From Oscillospiraceae bacterium (GTDB lineage Bacteria > Bacillota > Clostridia > Oscillospirales > Oscillospiraceae), in contig JAFSET010000034.1 in NCBI GenBank assembly GCA_017435615.1, positions 2,772 to 66,771 of the forward strand: a stretch of 64,000 nucleotides of DNA, given 5' to 3'. Below are positions 8,799 to 17,913 of the stretch, piece after piece; position 1 is the first letter of the stretch; each line of letters starts with the position of its first letter. Made by a program: the position numbers and the translations under genes. The notes below the pieces were generated by a model, which worked only from the letters and a program-made list of their open reading frames with translations, was not told the DNA's origin and did not search any database.

Positions 8799-9562
8799 GA
8801 AAAAAGCTCCGTGATGATCTTCACTGCCAGCAGGGTGATCACGATCATCAAGACCGGCCGAACGATCCTGGAGCCGTTCTTGATGGTCAGGCCGGCACCT
8901 AAGTAATGTCCGGCAATGGAAAACAGGCCGGAAATAATACCGATGGGGATCAGCACCTTGCCTGCTGCCAGAGAGGTAAACACGCTGCCTATATTGGAGG
9001 CCAGGTTCACCAGCTTCACATTGCCGGATGCGGTGCGCACATCCTGTTTTGCCAAAAAGCAGTAGATCAGCAGCAAAAATGTGCCTGTGCCGGGGCCATA
9101 AAAGCCGTCATAGCCGCCCAGTAAAAAGGATGCGCCCCATACAATTCCTCTGCGAACCCAGGGAGAAAGCTCCCCCATCTGTTCCGGCAGCTCCTTTTTT
9201 CGCAGCATCACCACTGCTACGACCGGCAGCACGATCAGCAAGAGGTACTGCAGGTATTTTTCATCCATCATAAGCTGAAGACGGGTGCCGAAATGTCCGC
9301 CGATCAAAGCCAGTGCCACCGCAGGAAGGGCCAATGTCCAATCCACAAAGCCGTTTTTGATGTAACGGAAGGTGGAAGCGGCAGTGCCAACCGTGGAGGA
9401 CAGCTTGTTGGTACCCAAGGCAATATGAGACGGCAAGCCTGCCAACAAATACACCGGCACGGAAATAATTCCGCCACCTCCGCCAATGGCATCAATAAAG
9501 GATGCGCAAAATACGCCGATACAGATAAAAAGTACTGCCCATATGGAATAACCGAAAATCAT
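8795..9562 (-). CDS. TauE/SafE (TSUP) sulfite-exporter family membrane protein
   Basis: FIDAIGGGGGIISVP, ALGTNK, GGYDGFYGPGTGTF motifs; start moved to MIFGYS. Confidence 0.9.
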   Translation of the reverse strand: MIFGYSIWAVLFICIGVFCASFIDAIGGGGGIISVPVYLLAGLPSHIALGTNKLSSTVGTAASTFRYIKNGFVDWTLALPAVALALIGGHFGTRLQLMMDEKYLQYLLLIVLPVVAVVMLRKKELPEQMGELSPWVRRGIVWGASFLLGGYDGFYGPGTGTFLLLIYCFLAKQDVRTASGNVKLVNLASNIGSVFTSLAAGKVLIPIGIISGLFSIAGHYLGAGLTIKNGSRIVRPVLMIVITLLAVKIITELFS

Positions 9563-9630
9563 GAATAGTCCCTCTTTTCCATAAAGCAAAAGGCTCACCG
9601 AGAGGCACACTCCGTAAGGAAGTGTGCCTC

Positions 9631-9808
9631 AGTTATATTCGCCTGACGGCGAGTGATATTGCTTCGCAGTGGTATTATGCTACGCATAGTGATATTGTCC
9701 TTCGGACAGTTTATGGGCGAATATAATATCACTGAAACCCAAAGGTTTCAATATCACTTTTGCTGTAATGCAAAAATATCACTGCAAACGGTAGTTTGCA
9801 ATATAACT
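9631..9808. repeat. Structured element: four AGTGATATT boxes and four AATATCACT boxes, separated by mini-hairpins
   Basis: Left boxes start 9631, 9652, 9668, 9688; right boxes start 9725, 9750, 9775, 9800 (25-bp period); every spacer is self-complementary. Confidence 0.85.
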
Positions 9809-9930
9809 TTACTCGCCGAGAAAAACACCTTTTATTTTTTGGCATGTCATATTTTTCAAAGTACGTAACTGGCTGTGACACTGTCACAATCTTTGTGCAA
9901 AGTGTCATGCCTGTTATAAATGAAAAAGCT

Positions 9931-9964
9931 GAGGGAGACGACTTCATTTTGAAGTGTCTCCCTC
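9931..9964 (-). terminator. Probable terminator of the efp operon
   Basis: GAGGGAGAC.ACTTCA/TGAAGTGTCTCCCTC stem followed by a T-run on the minus strand. Confidence 0.65.
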
Positions 9965-9997
9965 GGGCGAAACTTTTTGTTTCGTTTCTTATTAGAA

Positions 9998-10465
9998 TTA
10001 CAGTTCCTCTTCCTCGTCTTCCTCTACGGAAAACTCCAGGGTCTCACCGCAATTGGGACAGATAATGCTGCCCTGCTCCAGGGTCTCCTCGTCGAAGTCG
10101 ATGACCTCGCCGCAGATGCACTTCACTTCGTAGATGGTGGACTCTTCGTCACCGAATTCGAAGCCCTCTTCCAGATCCTCGTCTTCGTCCCAGTCCTCGT
10201 CATCCTCGTAGTCTTCGTCCCAGTCCTCATCCTCGTCGTCTTCTTCGTCCAGGATGTAGTCCTCAATGGCATCCAGATCTTCCTCGATCTCGTCCAGCTC
10301 ATCACAGATATTGATGGTGGTCTCTTCCACGTCACTCAGTCTGCGGGTCACGTCACCCAGCAGGTCTACAATGGCGCTGATCATCTGGCCCTCAGGCTTT
10401 TCGGTATCCAGCTTCAGGCCGTCCATCAGGCCCTTCAGGTATGCTGCCTTTTCGGAAATTGTCAT
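9998..10465 (-). CDS. Conserved clostridial acidic protein with C-terminal zinc ribbon (CD1247-like)
   Basis: MTISEKAAYLKGLMDG N-terminus, D/E-rich linker, CICG...CPNC; directly after efp. Confidence 0.85.
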   Translation of the reverse strand: MTISEKAAYLKGLMDGLKLDTEKPEGQMISAIVDLLGDVTRRLSDVEETTINICDELDEIEEDLDAIEDYILDEEDDEDEDWDEDYEDDEDWDEDEDLEEGFEFGDEESTIYEVKCICGEVIDFDEETLEQGSIICPNCGETLEFSVEEDEEEEL

Positions 10466-10478
10466 AGTAAACTCCTTA

Positions 10479-11036
10479 TTATGCACGACCCAGGTATTCA
10501 CCGGTGGTGGTGTCGATCTTGATCACTTCGCCCTCATTGATGAACAGAGGCACCTTTACCTCAGCGCCGGTCTCCAAAGTGGCGGGCTTCAGGGTGTTGG
10601 TAGCGGTGTTGCCGGCAAAGCCAGGCTCGGTGGAGGTGACCTCCAGCTCTACAAAACGGGGAGGCTCCACGCCGAAGACGTTGCCCTTGTAGCTCATGAT
10701 GGTGCAGGTGTCGTTCTCCTTGACGAAGCGGAAGCTGTCGTCCAAAGTGGACTTCTCGATGGGAACCAGCTCGTAGGTCTCGCCGTCCATGAAGTAGTAC
10801 AGGTCACCGTCGCTGTAGGAGTACTCCATCTTCTTGCGCTCAATGAAAGCGGTGGGGTACTTGTCACTGGGGTTGAAGGTGGTTTCCGTCACGCCGCCGG
10901 TGATGACATTCTTCATCTTAACACGGACGAAGGCAGCACCCTTGCCGGGCTTGACGTGCTGGAACTCAATGATTTGCATGACCTTGCCGTCCATATCAAA
11001 GGTAATGCCATTTCTAAAATCGCTAACAGAAATCAT
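10479..11036 (-). CDS. efp: Elongation factor P
   Basis: HVKPGKGAAFVR and KPATLETGAEVKVPLFI motifs. Confidence 0.98.
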   Translation of the reverse strand: MISVSDFRNGITFDMDGKVMQIIEFQHVKPGKGAAFVRVKMKNVITGGVTETTFNPSDKYPTAFIERKKMEYSYSDGDLYYFMDGETYELVPIEKSTLDDSFRFVKENDTCTIMSYKGNVFGVEPPRFVELEVTSTEPGFAGNTATNTLKPATLETGAEVKVPLFINEGEVIKIDTTTGEYLGRA

Positions 11037-11101
11037 GTCTTTATCCTCCTGAAAATGCGCCTTTCGGAGAAGGCAAATTTTTACACATAGTTTGCGCAGT
11101 T

Positions 11102-11130
11102 ATTTTAACCTAAAATCCCTTGAATTGCAA
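11102..11130 (-). promoter_or_regulatory. SigA-type promoter of efp
   Basis: Minus strand TTGCAA-17 bp-TAAAAT. Confidence 0.65.
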
Positions 11131-11152
11131 GAGGAAATCCAAAGTTTTTTCG

Positions 11153-12223
11153 TTAACCTTCAACAATTATCAGATTTTTAGGACTATGGGTGATATTTTC
11201 ACAGCCATCAGCGGTGAAAATGATCACATCTTCGATCCGAACACCGAATTTTCCGGGCAGGTAGATGCCCGGTTCCGCGGAGCAGATCATTCCAGGCTCC
11301 ATCTGCCGCTCCCCTGCAGGAGAGCAGCCGGGGGCCTCATGGACCTCCATACCAAGGCAGTGACCGTAGCCGTGGCCAAAGTAGGGACCATAGCCGGCGT
11401 CAGCAATGATCTTACGGGCTGTGCCATCGATGAAGCTGCCTGTAACACCGGCCTTGGAGGCGGCAATGGCAGCCGTCTGCGCCTGAAGCACGATATTGTA
11501 GACCTTTTCCATTTCCTCCGTGACATAGCCTACCGCAACCGTCCGGGTCATATCCGCGCAGTAACCGGCGTACAGCGCGCCGAAATCCATGGTAATAAAG
11601 TCACCGGCCTGAATGATTCGTTCACCGGGCACACCGTGGGGCATGGAGGTATTGGGACCGGAAACCACGATGGGATCAAAGGCCAGATTATCAGCACCGT
11701 TTTTCAGCAGACAGTACACCAGCTCCGCCTGAAGCTGCTTTTCGCTCATTCCCACCTTGATCTTGGTCAGCATTTCAGAAAAAGCAATGTCTGTGATCTG
11801 CTGAGCCTTGCGCATTCTGTCCAGCTCCCAGGGCTCCTTTACAGAACGGAAGCTGTAGATCTTTTCATTATAAGGCACAAGCTTGGCATTGAGTTTCTTT
11901 TCAAAGCTCATCAGCTCCTGAACCGTCAGGTACTCCTCTTCAAAGCCCAGGGTGTGTACCCCAAAATCTGCAATGGCATCGTTGAGCAGCTTGGAATAAG
12001 GATGCTCCCGGTTCATTTCCAGAACCTCAAAGCCGGTAATATTATTTTGGGCGGACTCAATATAGCGGCTGTCTGTAAAATACCGGCAGCCGGCCTTGGT
12101 CACGATAGCAATGCCCTCGGCAATATCAAATTCCGCGCCGTACATCCGGCTGTAACGGCTGGTCAGCAGCAGGCCGTCCACCTGCTCGTCCAAAACGGAC
12201 AAATACTTTTCGATGTTTTTCAT
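11153..12223 (-). CDS. Xaa-Pro aminopeptidase (M24 family)
   Basis: DFGA..GYCADMTRT, GHGYGHCLGMEVHE, EPGIY, GVRIED; start moved to MKNIEKY (AGGAGG RBS). Confidence 0.93.
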   Translation of the reverse strand: MKNIEKYLSVLDEQVDGLLLTSRYSRMYGAEFDIAEGIAIVTKAGCRYFTDSRYIESAQNNITGFEVLEMNREHPYSKLLNDAIADFGVHTLGFEEEYLTVQELMSFEKKLNAKLVPYNEKIYSFRSVKEPWELDRMRKAQQITDIAFSEMLTKIKVGMSEKQLQAELVYCLLKNGADNLAFDPIVVSGPNTSMPHGVPGERIIQAGDFITMDFGALYAGYCADMTRTVAVGYVTEEMEKVYNIVLQAQTAAIAASKAGVTGSFIDGTARKIIADAGYGPYFGHGYGHCLGMEVHEAPGCSPAGERQMEPGMICSAEPGIYLPGKFGVRIEDVIIFTADGCENITHSPKNLIIVEG

Positions 12224-12738
12224 TTTGTGATCCTCCTGTTTTTTGATGCTGCGATAAACGGCAGCTCCGCCACATGGCGCAGCTTCAGCCAAATATTATG
12301 ATTGTCAATTGCCTCCACCAGCAGGGTGCGCACACCGGCGCAATTGCCCCCCAGGGTGTCGGTATAGATCTGGTCACCCACCAGCACGGCCTTGTCCGCA
12401 GGTACCTGAAACTGCTGAAGGCACCGCCGGATGCCATCCGAAAAAGGTTTCCTGGCGTGGGTAATACAGGGCAAACCGTATTCCCTGCAAAAATCCGGAA
12501 CACGCCCTTTGCGGCTGTTGGATACGATACAAACCGCAATCGCGCTTTCTTTGATTTGCTCCAGCCACCGCTTCACCTGTACGGTAGGCACATTGGTGGT
12601 ATAAGGCACGATGGTGTTGTCAAAATCCAGCATCAGCAGCGCAACGCCCTGTTGCTTTAAAAATTCGGCTGTAATGTCTGAAATACTTTCAGCCCTCCAG
12701 GTCGGTAACAATACAAAGGGCATATTTCTGCTCCCCAT
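12220..12738 (-). CDS. yqeG: YqeG-family HAD IIIA phosphatase (start 12738 or 12723)
   Basis: LDFDNT motif I, IVSN, ARKP, VGDQIYTD. Confidence 0.88.
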   Translation of the reverse strand: MGSRNMPFVLLPTWRAESISDITAEFLKQQGVALLMLDFDNTIVPYTTNVPTVQVKRWLEQIKESAIAVCIVSNSRKGRVPDFCREYGLPCITHARKPFSDGIRRCLQQFQVPADKAVLVGDQIYTDTLGGNCAGVRTLLVEAIDNHNIWLKLRHVAELPFIAASKNRRITK

Positions 12739-12781
12739 TCATAGATTTTTATCGGATGTATTATAGCACAGGAGGTGGGAT

Positions 12782-13507
12782 TTGTCTATGGGCTTGCCAA
12801 TTTATCTTGCCATGACTGCCTGGGAAATGTCACATCTGGAAAAGCCGGAGCACTGCGGCTGGATGGCCTGCCATTTTTCCGCATACGGCAGCGGATTGAG
12901 TAACATTCCAACCCAATTGCCTCCCAATTCTCTGCTGATCCTCAACGACCGGATGCCCCCTGCCGGCCACGATCCGGAGCTGATCACCCGGCAGATCTGT
13001 CAAACTGTGGAAGAATTGCACTGCTGCGGCGTTTTGCTGGACCTGCAGCGGCCTTATTGCCTGGAAACCGCCAAAATTGCTGCCGCGATCTGCGCCAGTG
13101 TCCCCTGCCCTGTCACCGCAACCGCCGATTATGCCCGGGATTGCGACTGCGGCATATTGATACCGCCGGTACCCCCTTACCGCCTGCTGACAGACCATCT
13201 TGCCCCCTGGAAGGAACGGCAGCTTTGGCTGGAGGTGGACACGGGCCAATGCACCATGGAGCTGACAGAACAGGGTTGTAAAATCTTTCCGGGAGCAGAG
13301 CTGGGCAGCAGTCCCATCCATCAGGATACCGATCTGCACTGCCATTATTCCATCCGCCAGGAGCAGGACCGGACTGTATTTTCCCTGACGCGAACCGCTG
13401 AGGATCTGCAGGCGCTTTTGGAGCAAGCGCAGCAGTTGGAGATTTTTCTGTGCACCGGGCTTTATCAGGAGCTGGAGCCTGTTCTATTTGTCCCACCGCA
13501 GACATAG
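12782..13507 (+). CDS. Hypothetical protein, possibly a degenerate GH18-like barrel
   Basis: 241 aa, TTG start after GGAGG; GVLLDLQ resembles the GH18 core strand; upstream of spoIVA. Confidence 0.6.
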   Translation: MSMGLPIYLAMTAWEMSHLEKPEHCGWMACHFSAYGSGLSNIPTQLPPNSLLILNDRMPPAGHDPELITRQICQTVEELHCCGVLLDLQRPYCLETAKIAAAICASVPCPVTATADYARDCDCGILIPPVPPYRLLTDHLAPWKERQLWLEVDTGQCTMELTEQGCKIFPGAELGSSPIHQDTDLHCHYSIRQEQDRTVFSLTRTAEDLQALLEQAQQLEIFLCTGLYQELEPVLFVPPQT

Positions 13508-13540
13508 GCTGTTCCAGACCGAAACATAAGGAGGCTGGCT

Positions 13541-15004
13541 ATGAACACTATTTACAGGGATATTGCTGCCAGAACCGGTGGCAATATTTATATCGGTGTG
13601 GTGGGTCCTGTGCGGACGGGAAAATCCACCTTTATCAAGCGTATGATGGAAGAATTGGTCATTCCCTGCATCGACGATCCGTACCGAAGAGAACGGGCCC
13701 GAGATGAATTGCCACAAAGCGGCTCCGGACGGACCATTATGACCAGTGAGCCAAAATTCATCCCGGAGGAGGCCGTGGAGATCTCCCCGGACGGCACCGC
13801 CAAAATGCGTGTGAGAATGATTGATTCCGTAGGCTATATGGTGGAAGGCGCTGTAGGCGCTGAGGAAGACGGCGTTCCCCGGATGGTCACCACACCCTGG
13901 TATGACTACGAAATCCCCATGACAGATGCTGCGGAGCTGGGCACTCAAAAGGTGATGCAGGAGCACTGCTCCATTGGGCTGGTGGTCACCACCGACGGCA
14001 CCGTAACCGACATTCCCCGGCAAGACTATATTGCAGCGGAAAAGCGGGCCATTGAGGATATGGCCGCCACAGGAAAGCCTTTTGCGGTGATCATCAATTC
14101 CCAGTCCCCCAATTCCGAACAGGCTCAATCTGTCAAAGACTACATCGAAAACAGCTTCGGCATCCAACCGATGATCGCGGACTGTCAGGCCCTGACCACG
14201 GAAGATATTGCCGGACTGCTCCAAAAGCTTTTGTATTCCTTCCCCATGGAAGCACTGTGCGTCCGTCTGCCACGCTGGATGGATGTACTGGAAATGACCC
14301 ATCCGGTCAAAGCGACTCTTTACGAGGCTCTGCGCAACGTAGCCCAGCAGGTTGGGATACTCTCACAGGCTCAGGCTTCTTTGGAAAAGCTTCAGGAGCA
14401 CGAGCAGGTTGTCTCCTTTGCGATCAATAGCATTGACCCGGCTACCGGAACTGTGGTGTGCAGCTTAGGGTTTCCGGAAAAGCTGTTCTATGAGATTCTC
14501 AGCCAGCGTACCGGCATGAGCATTGGCAGTGACGCACAGCTTATGAGTATTTTGACGGAGCTATCCGCCGTAAAGAAGCAATACGACGAGATCGCGGACG
14601 CTCTGGCCTCTGTTCAGGCCACAGGTTACGGTATCGTAATGCCCGGCGCGGAGCAGATGACGCTGCAAAAGCCGGAGATCATTCGCAAAAACGGTGCTTA
14701 CGGCGTCAAGCTCAAAGCCGATGCCCCCTCCATTCATATGATCCGGGTAGATGTGGATACGCAGATCAATCCCACTGTGGGAGACGAAAAGCAATCCCAG
14801 GAGCTGATGGAATATCTTGCCGGTGAAGACCCGGATAAGCTTTGGCAGAGCAACATTTTCGGTAAATCCGTGTATACTCTGATTCAGGAGGGGCTGACCG
14901 CGAAGCTGACCTCCACGCCGGAGGAGGTAAAGGCAAAATTCCGGGGCACACTGTCCCGGGTAGTCAACGAAGGCGCATCCGGACTGATCTGCCTGATTTT
15001 GTAA
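13541..15004 (+). CDS. spoIVA: Stage IV sporulation protein A
   Basis: IYIGVVGPVRTGKSTFIKR, RARDELPQSG, LWQSNIFGKS, GLICLIL end. Confidence 0.97.
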   Translation: MNTIYRDIAARTGGNIYIGVVGPVRTGKSTFIKRMMEELVIPCIDDPYRRERARDELPQSGSGRTIMTSEPKFIPEEAVEISPDGTAKMRVRMIDSVGYMVEGAVGAEEDGVPRMVTTPWYDYEIPMTDAAELGTQKVMQEHCSIGLVVTTDGTVTDIPRQDYIAAEKRAIEDMAATGKPFAVIINSQSPNSEQAQSVKDYIENSFGIQPMIADCQALTTEDIAGLLQKLLYSFPMEALCVRLPRWMDVLEMTHPVKATLYEALRNVAQQVGILSQAQASLEKLQEHEQVVSFAINSIDPATGTVVCSLGFPEKLFYEILSQRTGMSIGSDAQLMSILTELSAVKKQYDEIADALASVQATGYGIVMPGAEQMTLQKPEIIRKNGAYGVKLKADAPSIHMIRVDVDTQINPTVGDEKQSQELMEYLAGEDPDKLWQSNIFGKSVYTLIQEGLTAKLTSTPEEVKAKFRGTLSRVVNEGASGLICLIL

Positions 15005-15059
15005 TTAGTCTTCACGAAAGCCACATAAACGTGCCTTAGCATGTATTCTATGGAATTAC

Positions 15060-15189
15060 GAAACCTTACAGTTGTGTCATCTTGAACAAAGTGATGGATC
15101 TACCGCGTTGCAGTGGCTCAATTGAGTCATAACAACGGAAAGAGCCTTGCGTTTTGATCAGGATGACACCGCTGAAGGTTTCTTTTTTT
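15060..15189 (+). ncRNA. Candidate structured ncRNA, 6S-like rod with central bubble
   Basis: Closing stem GAAACCTT..GTGTCATCTTGA/TCAGGATGACAC..AAGGTTTC, unpaired centre, apical stem; G-U pairs favour + strand; T-run follows. Confidence 0.5.
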
Positions 15190-15262
15190 GCCCTGTGTAA
15201 AACATTCTCAAACAGCTGTCCGACACGCGCCATTAACAGCTCCCCTTCTTCAACAATGCCAA

Positions 15263-15291
15263 TTGCAATTGGTATTGTTTTATGCTATATT
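15263..15291 (+). promoter_or_regulatory. SigA-type promoter of mnmE
   Basis: TTGCAA-17 bp-TATATT with extended TG. Confidence 0.7.
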
Positions 15292-15330
15292 GTAGTGGAT
15301 CGACTCAGTTTACACAGGAAGGTTTTTCAC

Positions 15331-16692
15331 ATGAATGATATTATTGCCGCCGTATCTACCGGAATGAGCGTCAGCGCCATTGGCATTATCCGGCTATCCG
15401 GAATGGGCTGCGCTTCCGTTGCGGATAAGGTCTTTACATTAAATAATGGGCGTTCTCTCAGCCAGGCCCCTGACAGAAAGCTGATGCTGGGAGTTTTGAA
15501 GGACAAGCAGGGACGGATCATTGATCAGTGCATGGCGGTTTTCAGCCGGGGACCCCACAGTTATACCGGAGAGGATACCGTTGAATTTCACTGCCACGGC
15601 TCCCCTGCCGTCCTGTCCGCCGGACTGGAAGCTATTTATTTGGCAGGTGCCCGTCCTGCGGGCCGGGGTGAATTTACCAAGCGCGCCTTTTTGAACGGTC
15701 AGCTTGGACTGACGCAAGCAGAAGCCGTGATCGACTTGATCGAAGCCGAGACCGCTGATGCCGCCGCCAACGCCGCCGGTCAGGTAGGCGGAAGACTGCA
15801 AAAAAAGCTGCAGCCTGTTTACAGCGCCCTGACCGATCTGTGCAGTCATTTTCACGCGGTTTTGGATTATCCCGACGAGGATATTGACGATTTCAGTCTG
15901 AGCGGCTACAGCTCCACCGTCCGGGATAACGCCAGGGTCCTGTATGACCTTTTAAAGACCTTCGGTCAGGGCCAGATCCTGCGCCGGGGTGCTGCCGCCG
16001 CCATTGTCGGAAAGCCCAACGTGGGCAAATCCAGTCTACTAAACGCGCTGGCCGGCTACGACCGGGTGATCGTCACCGAAATCGCAGGCACCACCCGGGA
16101 CACGGTGGAGGAAACCGTACTGCTGGGCTCTACCCGGCTGCGGCTGATCGACACCGCCGGCATCCACCATACTGCCGACAAAATCGAGGCTATGGGCGTG
16201 GAGCGTTCCCGGAAGGAAGCGGAAAATGCCGACCTTGTCTTATTTGTCTGCGACGGCTCTCAGCCCTTGACTGCCGAGGATCACGCTGTGATCGAGCTGT
16301 GCGCTGACCACGAAAACGCGGTTGCGTTGATCAACAAATCCGACTTGGGCGCTGCGGTCGTACCCAGTGATCTGCCTTTTATGTATGTCATCCCCATCTG
16401 CGCAAAAACCGGTCAGGGCCTTGACCAGCTTGCAGATGTAGTAGACGGGATGTTCCAGGGCGAAGCACCCTGTGACGGCTCTATTCTCACCAACACCCGA
16501 CAGTATGACGCCATCCGCAGAGCTTACGAAAGCTTGCTTCAGGCTCTGCAGGGATTGCAGCTTGGTCTGACACCGGATGCGGTGCTGACCGATGTGGAAG
16601 CAGCCATGGAGGCTATGGGGGAAGTGACCGGCGCAACCGTCCGGGAGGATATCACCGCCCGGATCTTTGAACGATTTTGTGTAGGAAAGTGA
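15331..16692 (+). CDS. mnmE: tRNA modification GTPase MnmE
   Basis: SYTGED.VEFHCHG, GEFTKRAFLNG, GKPNVGKSSLLN, GTTRD, DTAG, FCVGK end; start moved to MNDIIAA. Confidence 0.97.
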   Translation: MNDIIAAVSTGMSVSAIGIIRLSGMGCASVADKVFTLNNGRSLSQAPDRKLMLGVLKDKQGRIIDQCMAVFSRGPHSYTGEDTVEFHCHGSPAVLSAGLEAIYLAGARPAGRGEFTKRAFLNGQLGLTQAEAVIDLIEAETADAAANAAGQVGGRLQKKLQPVYSALTDLCSHFHAVLDYPDEDIDDFSLSGYSSTVRDNARVLYDLLKTFGQGQILRRGAAAAIVGKPNVGKSSLLNALAGYDRVIVTEIAGTTRDTVEETVLLGSTRLRLIDTAGIHHTADKIEAMGVERSRKEAENADLVLFVCDGSQPLTAEDHAVIELCADHENAVALINKSDLGAAVVPSDLPFMYVIPICAKTGQGLDQLADVVDGMFQGEAPCDGSILTNTRQYDAIRRAYESLLQALQGLQLGLTPDAVLTDVEAAMEAMGEVTGATVREDITARIFERFCVGK

Positions 16693-16696
16693 CAAC

Positions 16697-17821
16697 ATGA
16701 TCTATTTCGATAACTCCGCAACAACCAAGCCCTGCCCAGAGGCGGCAGAGGCTGTTTATCAGGCAATGACCGAAAACTGGGGAAACCCCAGTGCCTTATA
16801 CCAGTTTGGCATCGACACCGCCCATAAGCTGCGTACCGCCAGGACCCAGGTCGCCAAGGCCCTGGGTGCCGAGCCGGACCGGGTATTCTTCACCTCCGGC
16901 GGAACCGAGGCAGATAACTGGGCCATTTTCGGCACCGCCAAGCGCATGGGCAAACGGGGCAAGCACATTGTTACCACCGCCATTGAACACCACGCCGTTT
17001 TAAACTGCATGAGCCAGCTTGAGGCACAGGGGTTTGAAGTGACCTATCTGCAGCCTGACCGTGAAGGGTGTATTTCTGCAGATTCCCTGAAAGCGGCTCT
17101 GCGAAAGGATACCATTTTGGTTTCCGTTATGACGGTGAACAATGAAACCGGCAGCATTATGCCTATCAACCAAATGGCCAGGCTGACCCACCGACTTTGC
17201 CCGGATGCAGTTTTCCACACCGATGCGGTTCAGGGTTTTTTGAAGATCCCCTTCCAGGCCAAAACCCTGGGGGCCGATCTGATCAGCATTTCCTCCCATA
17301 AGGTCCACGGGCCTAAGGGTGCCGGCGCACTGTACATCAGTCCCCGGCTGCGGTCCTTCCCTGCTCTGCTTCAGGGCGGCGGTCAGGAATTCGGTTATCG
17401 CAGCGGCACAGAAGGTACACCGGCCATTTTCGGCTTTGCTGCCGCCTGCCAGGCCCTGAGCGGCACCTTCCAGGAGGATATCGCAAGGGAGTCCGCGCTT
17501 TTAAATGATTTGGTTTCTGCGTTATGTAAACTTGACGGTGTGGTGCTCAACGGCTCTCACCAGGCCCCCCACATTCTGTCGGTAGCAATTCCCGGCGTTC
17601 CCACCCAAAACTCCGTGAACATCTTGCAGGACCACGGGATCTGCGTTTCTGCAGGCTCTGCCTGCGCCCGGGGGCACCGCAGCCATGTGCTCAGTGCCAT
17701 GGGACTGAGCCCGGAGGTGATCGACAGCTCCTTCCGAATTTCCCTGAGCCGGGAAACCACCGCTGATGAGCTATCAGCGCTTCTTACCGGAATTCAAGCC
17801 ATCCTGGATTGGAAAAGATAG
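16697..17821 (+). CDS. Cysteine desulfurase (IscS/NifS family)
   Basis: IYFDNSATT, GNPS, FTSGGTEA, SSHKVHGPKG, SAGSAC. Confidence 0.95.
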   Translation: MIYFDNSATTKPCPEAAEAVYQAMTENWGNPSALYQFGIDTAHKLRTARTQVAKALGAEPDRVFFTSGGTEADNWAIFGTAKRMGKRGKHIVTTAIEHHAVLNCMSQLEAQGFEVTYLQPDREGCISADSLKAALRKDTILVSVMTVNNETGSIMPINQMARLTHRLCPDAVFHTDAVQGFLKIPFQAKTLGADLISISSHKVHGPKGAGALYISPRLRSFPALLQGGGQEFGYRSGTEGTPAIFGFAAACQALSGTFQEDIARESALLNDLVSALCKLDGVVLNGSHQAPHILSVAIPGVPTQNSVNILQDHGICVSAGSACARGHRSHVLSAMGLSPEVIDSSFRISLSRETTADELSALLTGIQAILDWKR

Positions 17822-17845
17822 CATTTTCTAAATGTTCGATATTTG

Positions 17846-17879
17846 AAAAGAGCACCATCCGCCGGATGATGCTCTTTTT
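17846..17879. terminator. Bidirectional intrinsic terminator
   Basis: AAAAGAGCA.CATCC/GGATG.TGCTCTTTT between convergent genes. Confidence 0.7.
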
Positions 17880-17913
17880 GCACAGTTATATATGGGTGAA
17901 TGTTGTACAGCCC

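Noticed and set aside
9725-9808. CRISPR-like periodicity (constant repeat, unique spacers, 25-bp period)
   Set aside because: Repeat is 9 bp and spacers 16 bp, the spacers rather than the repeats are palindromic, and no cas gene is present; reported as a structured element instead
10170-10260. Tandem repeat encoding EDWDED units
   Set aside because: Ordinary low-complexity acidic linker of the conserved protein after efp
11120-12301. 393-aa + strand ORF, and similar ORFs opposite mreB, rimO, dnaE and the TRAP/TAXI genes
   Set aside because: Shadow frames of well-supported genes, expected from GC-rich third codon positions
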